Assembly: GCA_904063045.1 (NCBI GenBank)
Contig: CAJFCJ010000006.1
Coordinates: 4,108,408 to 4,172,407, forward strand
Source: Dimorphilus gyrociliatus
Lineage: Eukaryota; Animalia; Annelida
Reading direction: 5' to 3'
Length of the DNA: 64,000 bases
Shown: piece by piece, positions 1 to 17,800 of the stretch
Layout of the letters: each line of letters opens with the position of its first letter
Numbering within the stretch: the stretch's first letter is position 1
The notes under the pieces: model-generated
What the model saw: only the letters and a program-made list of their open reading frames with translations
The model's database searches: none
Told to the model about the DNA's origin: nothing
Position numbers and translations under genes: made by a program

Positions 1-1110
1 GTTCCATCTTCGCTTCCTGTCATTATCACTGGGAGTTCAGGGTGAAAAACAACTGCTGATATGTTCTGAGCATGACCTTCTAAAGTCTGAACGCATGTTT
101 TATTTTGATAATCCCATATTTTAACCTGTCGATCGTCAGCTCCAGAAATGATATATGGCTTGTCACCACCGTGGTAGTAGTCGACGCAGTTTACACCTTT
201 TTCATGGCCCTCTAATGTAAAGTTGGGTGTTGAAGATCCTAGTTGCCAAACTTTTAATGTTCTATCTAATGATGCCGAAGCAAAAGTATTATTATCCTTT
301 GGATTGATGACTATTTGCATGACATAATGTGTATGGCCTTCAAAAACTTGAGTACAAGTCCATTTTTTATCCCAATCCCACAATTTTATTAACATATCAT
401 CACTTGAAGTTAAAACATACGATTGAGTTGGGTGAACAGCTATTGATCTAAGATAATCAGAATGAGCGTCCACTTGTTGAATTGCTTCCAATGTGTTGTA
501 ATTATAAACTCTTAGAGTCATGTCATCACTTCCTGTAACAATCCAATTCTTTCTGGCAACGAATTTGGCTGCCCTGACAGGAAGATCGCAAACTTCGAAG
601 GTTTTGATGAGGGTCTATGTGTTGAAAGTAAATGTTTATATCAGTATATTGACTAAAGCAGGTGGACAACTAATAAAAATCTTTTTTTGTGCAACATATC
701 CTTAATTTATAATTGTTAAATAAATTTGAATATTATTAGATGATCTTCATTAAGGCTTAGTACTGGTTTATTAAAAATTCGTGAGTTAATCAAGTAGAAA
801 GATGAAAATTATACGGTGTCAGAGCTCAACTTAAATTTTACTTTTAAGATATGTTTCATTAAGTCAGTATAAAAAATCTAAAGAATACCTGTGTTTCATG
901 GTTCCAAATGTGGACATGTCCATTATAAAGGCTGACTAACATCCATGGCTCCGTTGGATGAAGATCGGAGCATTTGACCCGATCAGAACGAGCTGAGACT
1001 TTGCGTTTTATGTCCAGACGAAGAGGCTACATGAAATTTTGTTCAAAAAATTAGTCCATTGATTGATGGTATAAAGGAGAGTAATCAACATCATCTAAAG
1101 AACTTACCAT
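1..1110 (-). CDS. COPB2: Coatomer subunit beta' (WD40), 5' part; gene runs off the left edge
   Basis: Not in the ORF track as such. Exons are 1108-1110 (ATG only, then gtaagt), 889-1026 and <1-614. The spliced translation [79 protein letters not shown]...[49 protein letters not shown] closely matches the known beta'-COP N-terminus. Confidence 0.97.
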
Positions 1111-1773
1111 GTTTTTATCAGAAATGCCAACTTTCTTCTTCGACGTGGATTCGTGTAAATGCCCGTGCGCACGCGCAGACCGGAAGATTTTACTGTAAAC
1201 GGGCTCATACTACTTTATCAATTTTTAAGTCGAAGCAGTTATGGCGTATAAGATTTTTGTTGAGAATTCGCCATTTTGAAAGTGTTTAGTAGCATTTGTT
1301 AGTATGATTCACAAAAATTTATTGCAAATTAGGAGTTGTCACTTCAGATACTTTTATAAGCGAATTGTGCTTTAAAAAAATTTTCTATTTAGCCTCTTTG
1401 TTTCTAAGCTGCATTAAAAAAAAATTAATCTTTTCTGTATTTTATCCAATCACATTATCGATAACAAATAATATTGTTAGAATACGAAGTGACATTGACA
1501 CATAATATAGAAATCACAATGGCTGTTAAGAAATACAAATTCTACCATTTTGAAAATCTTTCTGTAGTGTTCTAGAATTTTTGTTGTTAGGAGGCGCGCT
1601 CGAACTTGTTTTAAAATATCTTATATTAAATAAATTAATCTTGAAATTTCACTTTAAACGAATGCGTAACTAAACCGGAATTTATCACATCATTATCGAA
1701 TAATAAAATTTTTTTAAATTTGGCTTTAAGAGAGGAGTTTCAAATTCAAATAGTCCAATAGAAGATATTTCAA

Positions 1774-2312
1774 ATGGGTATATCTAGTGTCGTTCCAGCA
1801 AGATTCTTAACGATAGTTGCTCATCTAGTAATTTTAATAGTTCTCTTCTGGGCTAAGGTAAGTTATTCATTAAGAAAAATTAAATACAAAAGTTTTATAT
1901 AGTTAATTAAAAAAGAAAATTTTAACAGGACATAAATATTAAGTCTTGTTTGCCTGATGATTATACAACAAGTGAATATGATACCAAAGAGAAAAAGTAA
2001 GAAATATATTTTAAAATCAATTAATTAACTCTCTTCTGATAAAATATTAATTTCAGCCTCATCATTGGACTTTCAGTTTCACTTGGTCTTGTGTTAATAG
2101 AGCTTATTGGCTTTATGTCAGGAGCTACAATGTTTTCGTACCTTCAATCTCTTTTTTCAACGATAGCTCATGTCGCTGGTGCTGTGTCTCTATCAATGTA
2201 TATTTTAGAATCTTGGGAATGCGATTCTTTCTGGTATATTTTTGCTTTTGGAAGTTGTTTACCTGCTGTTACCGAGATATTTGTACTGATTAGTACAATA
2301 TTTTTTAACTAG
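1774..2312 (+). CDS. TMEM107: Transmembrane protein 107 (ciliary transition zone)
   Basis: Exons 1774-1857, 1929-1996 and 2057-2312 have GT-AG ends. The translation MGISSVVPARFLTIVAHLVILIVLFWAK-DINIKSCLP...IELIGFMSGATMF...ESWECDSFWYIFAFGSCLPAVTE matches TMEM107 (VPSRFLTL...ELAGFLSGVSMF...WECTTYWYIF..CSALPAVTE). Confidence 0.93.
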
Positions 2313-2396
2313 AATAACTATTATCAACGCGGCAAGACTTTTTTTTATATCTTGAATTAAGATTTATTTTTTGTCTCTAGAATAAAGAATAAATCA

Positions 2397-3038
2397 TTAG
2401 ACAGCCATAGATTTCAGGTATTCAATTCTAGCTGAATGATCTTCGCATGGACGATTTATTGGAGTCCAAACAGGCTCTCCAACAAAATAACGTCTAGCGT
2501 GAATATAGTTATTAGTATCTAAGGTAAATCGATGATAAATTCCTGCTGGAACAATTAGTAAATCTCCTTTGGAAACAGCTACCCTTATCCACTTGTCTTC
2601 TTTATCCCGTAAGTCAAAATAGCCAGAGCCATCTGCTACATAACGAATTTCTTCGTCAGAGTGAATATGCTCTCTGTAGAACATCTTGATCTATTGAAAA
2701 TATTGAAATATATAAAAAACATCTTGAAGTATGAAAAGAATAAAAGGATTTATAATAAATATCATAAATCAATACAAAACAAATACTTTCTATTAACCTA
2801 CCTTTTTCTCATACTCTGCCATATTTTCGTCAATGACGATTTCATCTTCAAATGTATATTTGTTTTCTTGTTTTAACTTTGCAAGTTTAGCCATATCTTC
2901 TTCACTATTTGGTTCGAAGTAAAAGTAATTTACGCCAGTTTTTGCCTTTAACTCATCAAGACTCAAATCGGCGTCGTTGAGCCTGTGATCTTCTCGCTGA
3001 TCAGCATCAGAACTATCCATATAGTATGCACGAACCAT
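2397..3038 (-). CDS. ADI1: Acireductone dioxygenase (methionine salvage, cupin)
   Basis: Exons are 3038-2802 and 2690-2397. The sequence MVRAYYMD...[27 protein letters not shown]....[19 protein letters not shown] retains the metal-binding EHxHxxEE and H motifs. Confidence 0.97.
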
Positions 3039-4023
3039 TTCGCTGGTAATCTTTGAAGAGAGAAGGTATACTCATGTTAAAATTTTATATGTCACGCATG
3101 CGCTGTGCAGTTCAATAAGCCGAAACTAATATATACAATTCAGCTATTCTTATATTTATGGGTTGCAATTATGGATTTAATTTAACACAATTTTAATATT
3201 CCAATTGATAATTTTAAGTTGTAAATCTTAAAAACTATCTTATAACTTATATTCAGAATAATTGCAATAATAAGCTTAATAATTTAATACAAAGTTTGAA
3301 TAGAATAGTTTACTCTGTAAATACCGAAAGTCCTTGATCTAATTTTCAGACATCAGTATTGAAATATAACTTTTATGGTAATATCTATTAGACAATTTTT
3401 GAAAACGTGATAAATCTAGAACACTTGCAACCTTTAGTTTAAAAGATAAATCCAAAGTCACCTTCCCATTTCCCTTAATAGCCATATATGCATATACAAG
3501 AAAGACACAATTTATACAACAATATTGTTAATAATTATTAACATTTGTGTTATAAATTAGAGCAAAATAGAAGCTTTTATTCAAACTTTGACTTAGCAGA
3601 TTAGCATATTATATAAAACTAAATTGATAGATAATTAAATCAACTCCCTTTTTATAAAAGTAATATTCTTCCATTATTTACAAATTAAAATTTAGGGTCT
3701 AGTTAGTTTTTTAAACTATTTTTATGATATTTGTTATGAAAATAGAGACTAATACTTAAAGAATCATTAAAAAAAATAAAAACATACTTTATCCTCAGTT
3801 ACTTTTTTTTGAAGAAAATTGGCAAAATATAAGTATTACATTAAGAGGAAACTGGTAAAAATAGTAAAAATATTTTTCAAAATATTCTTTTTCTTTAATT
3901 TTCAAGAATAAACTTTTTTCTTAAATAGAAATATATTGTTTAAAGGGTATTTTACATAATTTAACACAATATTTAGTTTTTTTCATTTTTGAGAATAAAA
4001 GGAAAGGATAACTTGATAGGAGG

Positions 4024-4325
4024 GGAAGACCATTAAAATTAATCAAAAGAACAAAATCTGGGATCAAAAAGGAGTGTGCTAGATTTCAAACAAAAAAGGA
4101 GTTAGCAACTGCCAACAAAACAATGTACAATTTAGGTCTGGACGTCTCATGAAGAACGATCCAGAGAACTCTTATTGAACAAGGAGCAAACTATCTAGAT
4201 ATTGCATGCTGTCAGCATGGGCTATAAGAACTAGAATAGCTGTAATATGTAAATGGATTTAACTGCCAATTGATTACAATAGGGTAATCTTTACTGATGA
4301 ATCTTGGTTTTCCCTAGATGGTCCC
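4024..4325 (+). mobile_element. Decayed Tc1/mariner (Tc1/Tc3-like) transposase fragment
   Basis: Hand translation gives GRPLKLIKRTKSGIKKECARF...LGLDVS*RTIQRTLIEQG, then after a frameshift ...DYNRVIFTDESWFSLDGP. GRP, VSxRTI.R.L and VIFxDExxFxLDGP are hallmark Tc1-family DNA-binding and first-catalytic-Asp motifs. Stops and a frameshift are present; no terminal inverted repeats were identified. Confidence 0.75.
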
Positions 4326-4504
4326 TTATGATTTTTTACTTTTATTTAAATTTTAGATCATTATCAGAATCAATTTCATCTGGACTCCGTCTTAGATCCT
4401 TTTGGTGGAAAGACTTTCGGTTTTTCTTTTTCAGCTAAATAATTTGATATCTGGTATTATAACCTCATCAAACGTTGTTCTGTGAAACAATTATTCTTAT
4501 AAAA

Positions 4505-5537
4505 ATGATTACGTTAACAATATTCGTCTCGCTTCTAAGTTGTGCTACTCTTATATCGGTAAGTTGATTTCTCTTTAAACGCTATAATTTATGAGCGATA
4601 TTATGGTTTTAGAGTTTCGACGATGGCCCCTACTACGATGTTCCTCCTACATATGTTTGGGATGTAGAACATTCGTTCGAACCAAGTAAAATTAAACTTC
4701 ACTTTTAAATTTTTTGTACTATTCATATTATTTTTTTAGATAACGTTGATTCGTTTAAACCTAAGGGGAAAATTAACGTGAAAGTTGGTCAAAAAATTCA
4801 TGGATTTTTTAACCCTGTCGATAAATTTAGTGACCACGATATGAAGTTATTAAAGGTTTCATCGATTTACAATTAATCTTAATATTATTAATAGTCAATT
4901 TTTATAACTTCAGAAATGTGCCGATGCTGATGGCTGGTATAAAATTCGAGTATTCAATGAATCTGTTCAAGTTTTCTCTCAGACACGTGCAGTGAGTTAT
5001 TAAATGCTAATATAAATGAACTAAAAAATGATAATGTTATTTAAAACAATTTATATTAGCGTTTGCTTATCGAAAATGGTTTGGCCGAAGTTCTAAAGCT
5101 TAAAATTAGCAACTCTGGACGATTAAATGGCGTATTTATTAAAACTCCACGTTCTTCATTAAATGAATTTCGCACAACATTAGAAATTGACAGTTCTGCT
5201 CCAGCTCCTGTGTACGTTATACAATTTTTAGTTGGAGCTATATTCAAAAGTTATTAACTATTTTTCTATAGGCCTGATACTCATTTATATATACAAAAAA
5301 TGGAAGAGGAAAAAGCGCAGAGAGCCAAGGGTGGCGAAAAGGATACAAGATCCTTTTTTAGCAAATATGTAAGATAATTTTACCATCAATTAAGATTAAA
5401 AACCTAAATATAAACGATAATCTTTTTCTTCCTTTTAGTGGATGTTTATCGTAGCAGCTGTAGTTGTAATGATGGTTTTCACAAACGATCCCAATCAAGG
5501 ACAAGCTGCTGGTGGCGGTGGTGGTGGTGGAAAATAA
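4505..5537 (+). CDS. EMC10: ER membrane protein complex subunit 10
   Basis: About 7 small exons. It has a signal peptide (MITLTIFVSLLSCATLIS), then YIQKMEEEKAQRAKGGEKDTRSFFSKY-WMFIVAAVVVMMVF and a Gly-rich tail (AAGGGGGGGK*). This matches the EMC10 C-terminus (SFFAKYWMYI...GGGG). Confidence 0.88.
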
Positions 5538-6223
5538 AAAAAACATTACCCATAAAAACAAAAAAAAATTTAGAACAATTAATAAGATTTTTATATAATT
5601 GACGTTGTTACTTGTTTCTTCGTCCTTTTGTTGATTAATTAATTTTTTTAATATCTATACTTTCAACAATTTATAAGTAATAGAAAAAACTTACATTTCG
5701 ATTTAATTTGAAAGAAATTTCTGCCCATTCATCATATCGAAAGGCATTCGTTTCAGACCTAGTAAAGATAGCATGTAAGAAATTAATTAACTTAATCGAG
5801 CAATAAAGCTGATTAAGAAGATAAAAAATACACGTTTTGGTTTTTTTTTACTGTACAAATTTTATTTACATCAATTTGAGAAAATTTCGCGAGGCTTGAA
5901 ATTTTTAGTACACGTACTTACAAGAACAATACATAATATATAAATTTAAATAAATAAATATATATATATCAAAATGTACAAAATGAATAAGATAAATAAA
6001 GTAAATATAAATATGTACATTAATTTACAAGCAAAAGTTTACAAATTAATAAAGAATATTAGTAACAAGTTAAGGTGAAAAAATTGACTGAATAATTTCC
6101 CAAAACTTCTTTCCCGTTAGTAAATAATATAAGATTAAATAGAAAAGTAAATTATAACAAGAAAAATAATTCAATTAAATGAAGCATTATATAATAAAGA
6201 TCACATAAGTATCATAAATAAGA

Positions 6224-7549
6224 TTAATCGCTATCTTCGATAATAACTTTTGGCTTTTGCTGTTTTCTCATCAAGTATCTCATCTTTGCATCAGAAACTG
6301 TTTCATTATCAGCTTTTCTTTTGTATTTTTCAGCCATATCTTTTCGTTTTAGCTTCTCCTCCTCCTCTCGTCTCTTTTGACGTTTAATTGCAGCTTCTCT
6401 GTATAATTTTTCGAAGGGTATATATTCGCTACGGTCTTTTTTCTCAGGCCTTTCACCATCAGATGACGACTCTGAGGAGGATTCGTCAACTCTTTTCCTT
6501 CTGCTAGTTTCAGGTAAACCAGGCTTCTCATTTTTACCTCTGAAGAATAAATTAAGATATACAAAATAGCTCTTTAAAGGAATGAGTATAGTTCCTACGT
6601 TTTCTCGGTGGAATTGTCAGCCACTTCTTCCGCCTTCGGTTCGGTAGATTCTTTGTTAAGAAGCTGTCGATAAAACATTGATAGATCGTCCTGTTTTGTA
6701 ACATCATTCTTCTCTGTTATATGAAATAAAACAACATTAACATTCCATTTTATGACCATTAACCAGTCCTACCGTCTATTAAATCTTGCTGCCTTTGCCT
6801 TTCTTCATCCTGTTTAAGTTGTTCCACGCGCTTTTTATAGCTCTCTGTAACAAACTCTTCTTTGTCGGCGAATTTGTCTTTTTCTTTTTCGGATTCTTTC
6901 TGTAAAATTCTTTGATTGCGTCTCTCATCTTCCAATTTTCTTAGTTCACTAGTTTTTATAAGCTGACCTATATATTTCGATTTTCGTTGCTTGTCTGCCT
7001 TTCTCTTAGCCTAATTATATATAAAAAATACATAAGCAACTACTTTCAACGTGATACTCCTCAGTAGTACTTACAGCTTCGGCTTCCTTTTTGTTATGAA
7101 TATCGTCATAAACTTCATCGTATTGATATACCGTTGGATCTTCTTCTAGAGCCTTCTCTATTGCTATTTGTGTCTAAAGAGAAATGCTATTAGATTTAAA
7201 TAAACATAAAAGTTAGCTACAAACTTTCTGCTTGATTCTTGAGTTGACTTCGACACGAAGAGCTCCCCTTACAGGACCAGGTCCTTGATTAGGCTACAAT
7301 GAATAAACACGCGAGTAATTTATTAAAAATTAATTCAGAATGATAAGATAAAGGCATTACCTCATCTTCATCACTCTCTTCATCCTCAAAAATATTTTTT
7401 CTAGGTTGAAAGGTTTGAATAAGAGCCTTTTGCTTCTCTTTAGCCTTCTCTTCCTTTAGGTTAACAAGACCGTATCTGAAAAAATGTACTTTTGTCAAAA
7501 AATTATTTGAAACATTTAGTTGCACTTACTTTTTGTTGGACTTTTTCAT
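6224..7549 (-). CDS. NSRP1: Nuclear speckle splicing regulatory protein 1 (CCDC55)
   Basis: Multi-exon gene. Segments KYGL, IAIEKALEEDPTVYQYDEVYD, KPKYIGQL, FADKEEFVTESYKKRVE and DVTKQDDLSMFYRQLL match NSRP1 (QKALAEDATVYEYDSIYD, FDDKEAFVTSAYKKKL, DVTKQKDLSGFYRHLL). There is a probable 5'UTR intron at about 7561-7737. Confidence 0.9.
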
Positions 7550-8982
7550 CTGGTCTGACGCTAAAATACCAAATCAATGAGAGATATAATCATTAAAACC
7601 TAAAGGCCAGATAGTTCTTATTTAGGTATAATTTTAAGGCCTCTGTCCGTACGAAAAGATGTATTATTGGATTTGGACTAGATTACTCAATCATGGTAGG
7701 AGCTTGTGTGGTTCGTACGAAAACAATTAAAGCATACTTCCGGTTAGTCTAAGTTCTAGGTATTTTCCTTTCCAGTTGTCCTCGTAAAAACTATTAAAGT
7801 TAAAAATTATTTTAAAGAAATTTTAAAAAAAACATAAACATTTTAAGTTTTATACGAAAATAGTTTTAAAATTATTCGAAAAAATATAACCATTTCTAAA
7901 ATAGTCACAGGCATATATAAATCTCAAAGTAGAGATAAGAATTAATATATTTTTCTGGGTTTAAACGTTAAAGCAGCTCTAACTTATGATTAATCTTGTT
8001 AATGTAAAAATTATATATTTTGGCGGTATTAATGGTCATTTGAAGGTGTTAAATAGTAGCAACATATGCTAATCGTAAATTTAAGTATAGACTCAGTTTT
8101 ACTAACAGTATATTTAACCACCTTCTTGAAGTTTATATCGATTAATCAAAACAGCTTTCATAAATTATAAGAAATATGACCGTTTGGTTTAATTGAAAAA
8201 TTAATCAAAATCTCATAAATTAACAATATGTGTAAGTATTTGAGTAAAAAGGAAATTAATAAGTTGCGTTTCGAAGAAATAATTTATGCTCAGCCAAATA
8301 AATCTTATTAATTATTAATATAGACAGGTGTAAATTATGTTTTTTTTTCTGTAAACTTACTTTCTTGACATATCTCCATTACATTTTCGAGATAAGATTA
8401 TTCCAAAATAATGACTTATTTTCAACAAAAGTTAGTCATTTTCAAAGTGCGCCTGGTGTAATATATCCATTTTAAATATTCATTATCTTATGATATTTGA
8501 ACGATAATGTATTCGTAAAATGATTAGAGTTACAGTTAGAATTTTTAATAACGTCTTTTTCGTAGAAATAGTCTATTTAATATATCCCCTCGGTATAATT
8601 ATATAACGAGAACATTGCATAGACAGTATTTATTTCACATATTTTCCTATAGTTATATACTTTTAAAGATTTTTCATATAGATGGCATGATTAACAATTT
8701 ACCTGAGTCACGTGGTCTGCGTTACAGACGTTGCATTCTGGGACATGTTGTTATTAGGAACGTGCTTGTAGTTTCTAGAACTTTGGAAGCTTGATCTATT
8801 TTTGAAAACATTGAGACTGCCGGAGGAAATTATCAAGCAGAAAGGATTATAGAGTCGTTGATTTGGCCATGTGCAACTGATCCAAGTGAAATCACTTGTC
8901 AGAAATTCCCTTTTAGTAGCCTAGAGTTCGAAGGGAAAAATTTAGTCTTTTTTTACTCAAAAACGGATATTCTTATAATGTT

Positions 8983-14321
<5,339 letters not shown>

Positions 14322-14840
14322 AACAAGACAAATATTAATAAACAAACACAGACCTCATACTTTTTACAGTGAGTTCTTTACAGTGCAGTACATTAGCGAT
14401 TCCGTCCTTTTAATATGTTGCCAAATCGAATTATTATCGTTTTATTTAATGATCTATGAATTAATAAATTTTCTTGCATTTTGTTATGTTGGAATCTTTT
14501 TTATTCTATTGCGGACCTGGAATAGTTGATCGGTGCGATCAATAAAGTGGACCAACAAAAAGTATAATGTTACAGCAAAATATGAAAAGTTCAAACAAAA
14601 ATATATTCTTTAAATACTGTCTGTTGAAAATTTATCTGCAGCTGACTTGGCCACAAAACAATAAAAAAATTTTCGTTCTATTAAAAAGGTCGTTGATGTC
14701 GTAATCTCGGATCTGTTCAAAAACAAAGAAGCAAAAATATATCTTAGTCAAGTGTCGACTGATCGTTTTGTTTAACCAATTCGTTAGAACCCTAAAAAAC
14801 TTTTGGGAAGCTAGTAACATGAACTCCGTATTATTCTAAG

Positions 14841-17800
14841 CTATAACAACACTGTGCCTGTACCTTGCAACAAATGAGGTGCAAACATGTGACCGTGAAG
14901 AGCCGGCACAGAATGGTGATTGACTGTTGATTGATGATGTAACGTACCTACTGTGGTGATATAGCATAAATGCAAAAAGTAAGAAAAAAAAACAAGGTAG
15001 AGAGAAATCCATCAAAAACGAATCGGCACTAAATTTTAGAAGAATAGAATTGTATGCTTACTCGCTTCTGTAAGTCTGGGTGAAAATGGCTGGAATGCAA
15101 TAGATGTGGGTTGTTGTTGCTGTTGTTGTTGTTGATTTTGTATTTCCATTTCTAAGTTATTAAATTCTTGATTAGATTTGTTTTTACTCAATAAGTATTA
15201 TAGGATAACTAACGAGGAATTAGAGCATCAGATGCAGATAAATCAGGCAGAGAAAAGTCACTGATTGTCAGAGAGGGATATGAACCTGTTAAATTCTGAT
15301 TCTGACTCCAAACAACATTAGGTTTAGAATGAGTAGACGTTGCTTGGGCAGTTGTAATATCTGAAGCACCAATTGAATGACTCCACGTCGAGTAAACCTG
15401 AGATCTTTGCTTTTGTTCCTGTAGTTTTAACATATCTTCTCGTTGCTTTTTTATTAATGCTTCTTCTTGTTTCTTTTTCAAATCCTCTTGTTTTCTTCTC
15501 ATTTCTTCTTGTTGTTTTCTTCGAATTTCCTCCTGTTGTTTTCTTCTCAATTCCTCTTGCTGTTGCTTTCTTTGCATTTCTTCTTGTTGCTGTTTTCTTC
15601 GAATTTCCTCTTGCTGCTTTCTTCTCATTTCTTCTTGCTGCTTTCGACGGAGTTCTTGCTGCTTTCTTCTCAACTGTTCTTCTTGTTGCTTTCTTAGCTG
15701 TTCTTCTTGTTGCTTTCTAAGTTGTTCCTCTTGTTTCCTAAGTTGTTCCTCCTGTTGCTTTCTAAATTGTTCCTCCTGCTGCTTTCTGAGCTGCTGCTGC
15801 TGCTCCTCCTGTTGCTTTCTGATTAACTCTTGTCTTCGATGCTGTTCTTCTTGTTGTTTCCTAAGAAGCTCCCCTTTCTGCTTTCTGAGCTGCTGCTCCT
15901 CCTGTTGCTTTCTAATTAACTCTTGTCTTCGATGTTGCTCCTCCTGTTGTTTTATAAGAAGCTCCCCTTTCTGTTTTCTAATCATTTCATCCTCCTCTTC
16001 TCTTCTCTTCTTTAATAGGTCTTCTTGCTGCTTCTTAATCATGTCAATAGACTTACGCTTTAGCTCATCTTGTCGTTTGATGTCGTCTTTTCTTTCCATT
16101 TCAAACATAAAGTTTTGATCATCCATTTCCCTTATTTTTGCTTCCTCATGTACTAATCTCTTCTGTTCAGATGACATCAATAAGCTAGCTTGAACAGGTG
16201 ATATATTAATAATATTGTCTCTAACCTCTGGTTTAAGTACATAAATATCTTTCTTGGACGGTGAAATTCTCTTAGGTATTAATATATTTGTAGTTTTCTC
16301 TGGGCTTGTCTTGCTGTTGTCAACTAGAAAGCAATCAATACTTGAAGGAAAAGCATTTTGCTCTTGTTTAGGTTTATTAAATTGCTTTTCCATCCTTATA
16401 GCTTGCTGTTTCTGGCGTTGCTGCTGAAGTTGAGCTAGTTTCGTATCGAGTTTTCGCGCTTTCCTAATCTTTGCTTCTTCAACTTTTCTCTGTTCAGGAG
16501 AAGGAACAGTACTCTTTTGTTGTAATTCTACAACTTGTATAGGTTTATTAATCATGTCTTGACCGCTCGAGAAACTATTAAAAGCTTTTAAAGTTTCAAT
16601 AGCTTCATCAAGCGAGTTGGCACTTTTCGGTTTGTTTGTTGCTCCAGTGGACAAATCGATTACCTCAGGCATTTTTGCAGAAAAACCTTTGACCTCATTG
16701 GAAGATTTATTTGAAGTCGTTGTTTTAGACAATTCATTCGACTTGACCACTTTAGCCAAAGAAGAAATCATATTACTGTAACCTGAGTGAATTTGAGAAG
16801 ACGAATTTGGTTGAGTAGAAGTAGTGGTAGCAGTTGATGATTTTCCACTCGGACTAGTTTGTTTCGATTTTGACATATAATTGTTTACTAGATTCTTTGA
16901 AATTTGAGCAGATAAATCGGTTGCCTTACTTATCGGTAAACCTGCAGTTAGAAAAGATTTTTTGAAACTTTCGTAATATGATGATTCAGAAATTGATGAG
17001 CCTTTCAAGTAGACTTTACACATTTCCGAGTTTGTAGTAGGAGTTTGCTTACTTGGACTTGTTTTAGTTTCAGTGGTATTAGTGATCGAAATACTGGCTG
17101 GCTTTGCTAGCTCGCTATTTTTCGCTTTCTCCTCTGATTCTAACTTCCTCTTATTCTCTTTCGATCGAGCGACGGCTAACAGGCTATCTGTAGCAAAATT
17201 TAGTAATTTCGATCCTTTCATATTAGTGGAATCAACATTAGGAGATTGAATAGAAATTGAAGTATTATTAGCAGAGCTAATAGAATTATTTGTAGCCTCA
17301 GAGGTTTTTCTTTGATTTTTCGGTCTGCAAATAATGCTTTTTCTTAAATATTCAAAAATAATACTTAATACTTACATCCAGTCTCCTCCCGTCAAATCTT
17401 TATGAACCATTCTTGTATCGTTAAAAAGAGTTCTAACTTGTATCCAACCTTTTGGCCATAGTTTCTTTACATCATTTTCAAGAAACTTCTTTAGAAATTC
17501 ATCTGCTGGTAGAAATTTAGTTTCCATATTTTCCCATTCTTTCATTTTACTTTCAATTAAGTCATTTAAAATAGATCTAAAAAATAAATATAAATTAAAA
17601 ACAATATGTTACGGATATTCGTGAAAACCTTAATTCTTTGGTCCATCTGAATTTTCTTCTTACGGTCATCGTTACTTTATTTTCGTTATTTCCACCAGGA
17701 ACATTGGAGGCAGATCCCTCTTGACCATTTCCCTCAGTCTTGTTTTTAGCTGCCCAACTAGACGAAACAAAAGAATAATACAATAAAAATTGTAACCCAT

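Noticed and set aside
2313-2396. U8 snoRNA (SNORD118), which lies at the TMEM107 3' end in humans
   Set aside because: Only 84 AT-rich bases separate the two stops, with no C/D boxes or U8-like sequence.
15373-15720. Hydrophobic + strand ORFs (115 aa and 76 aa) that look like membrane proteins
   Set aside because: They are antisense shadows of the RKQQEE repeat in ubinuclein, since the codon complement is stop-free and Leu/Phe-rich.
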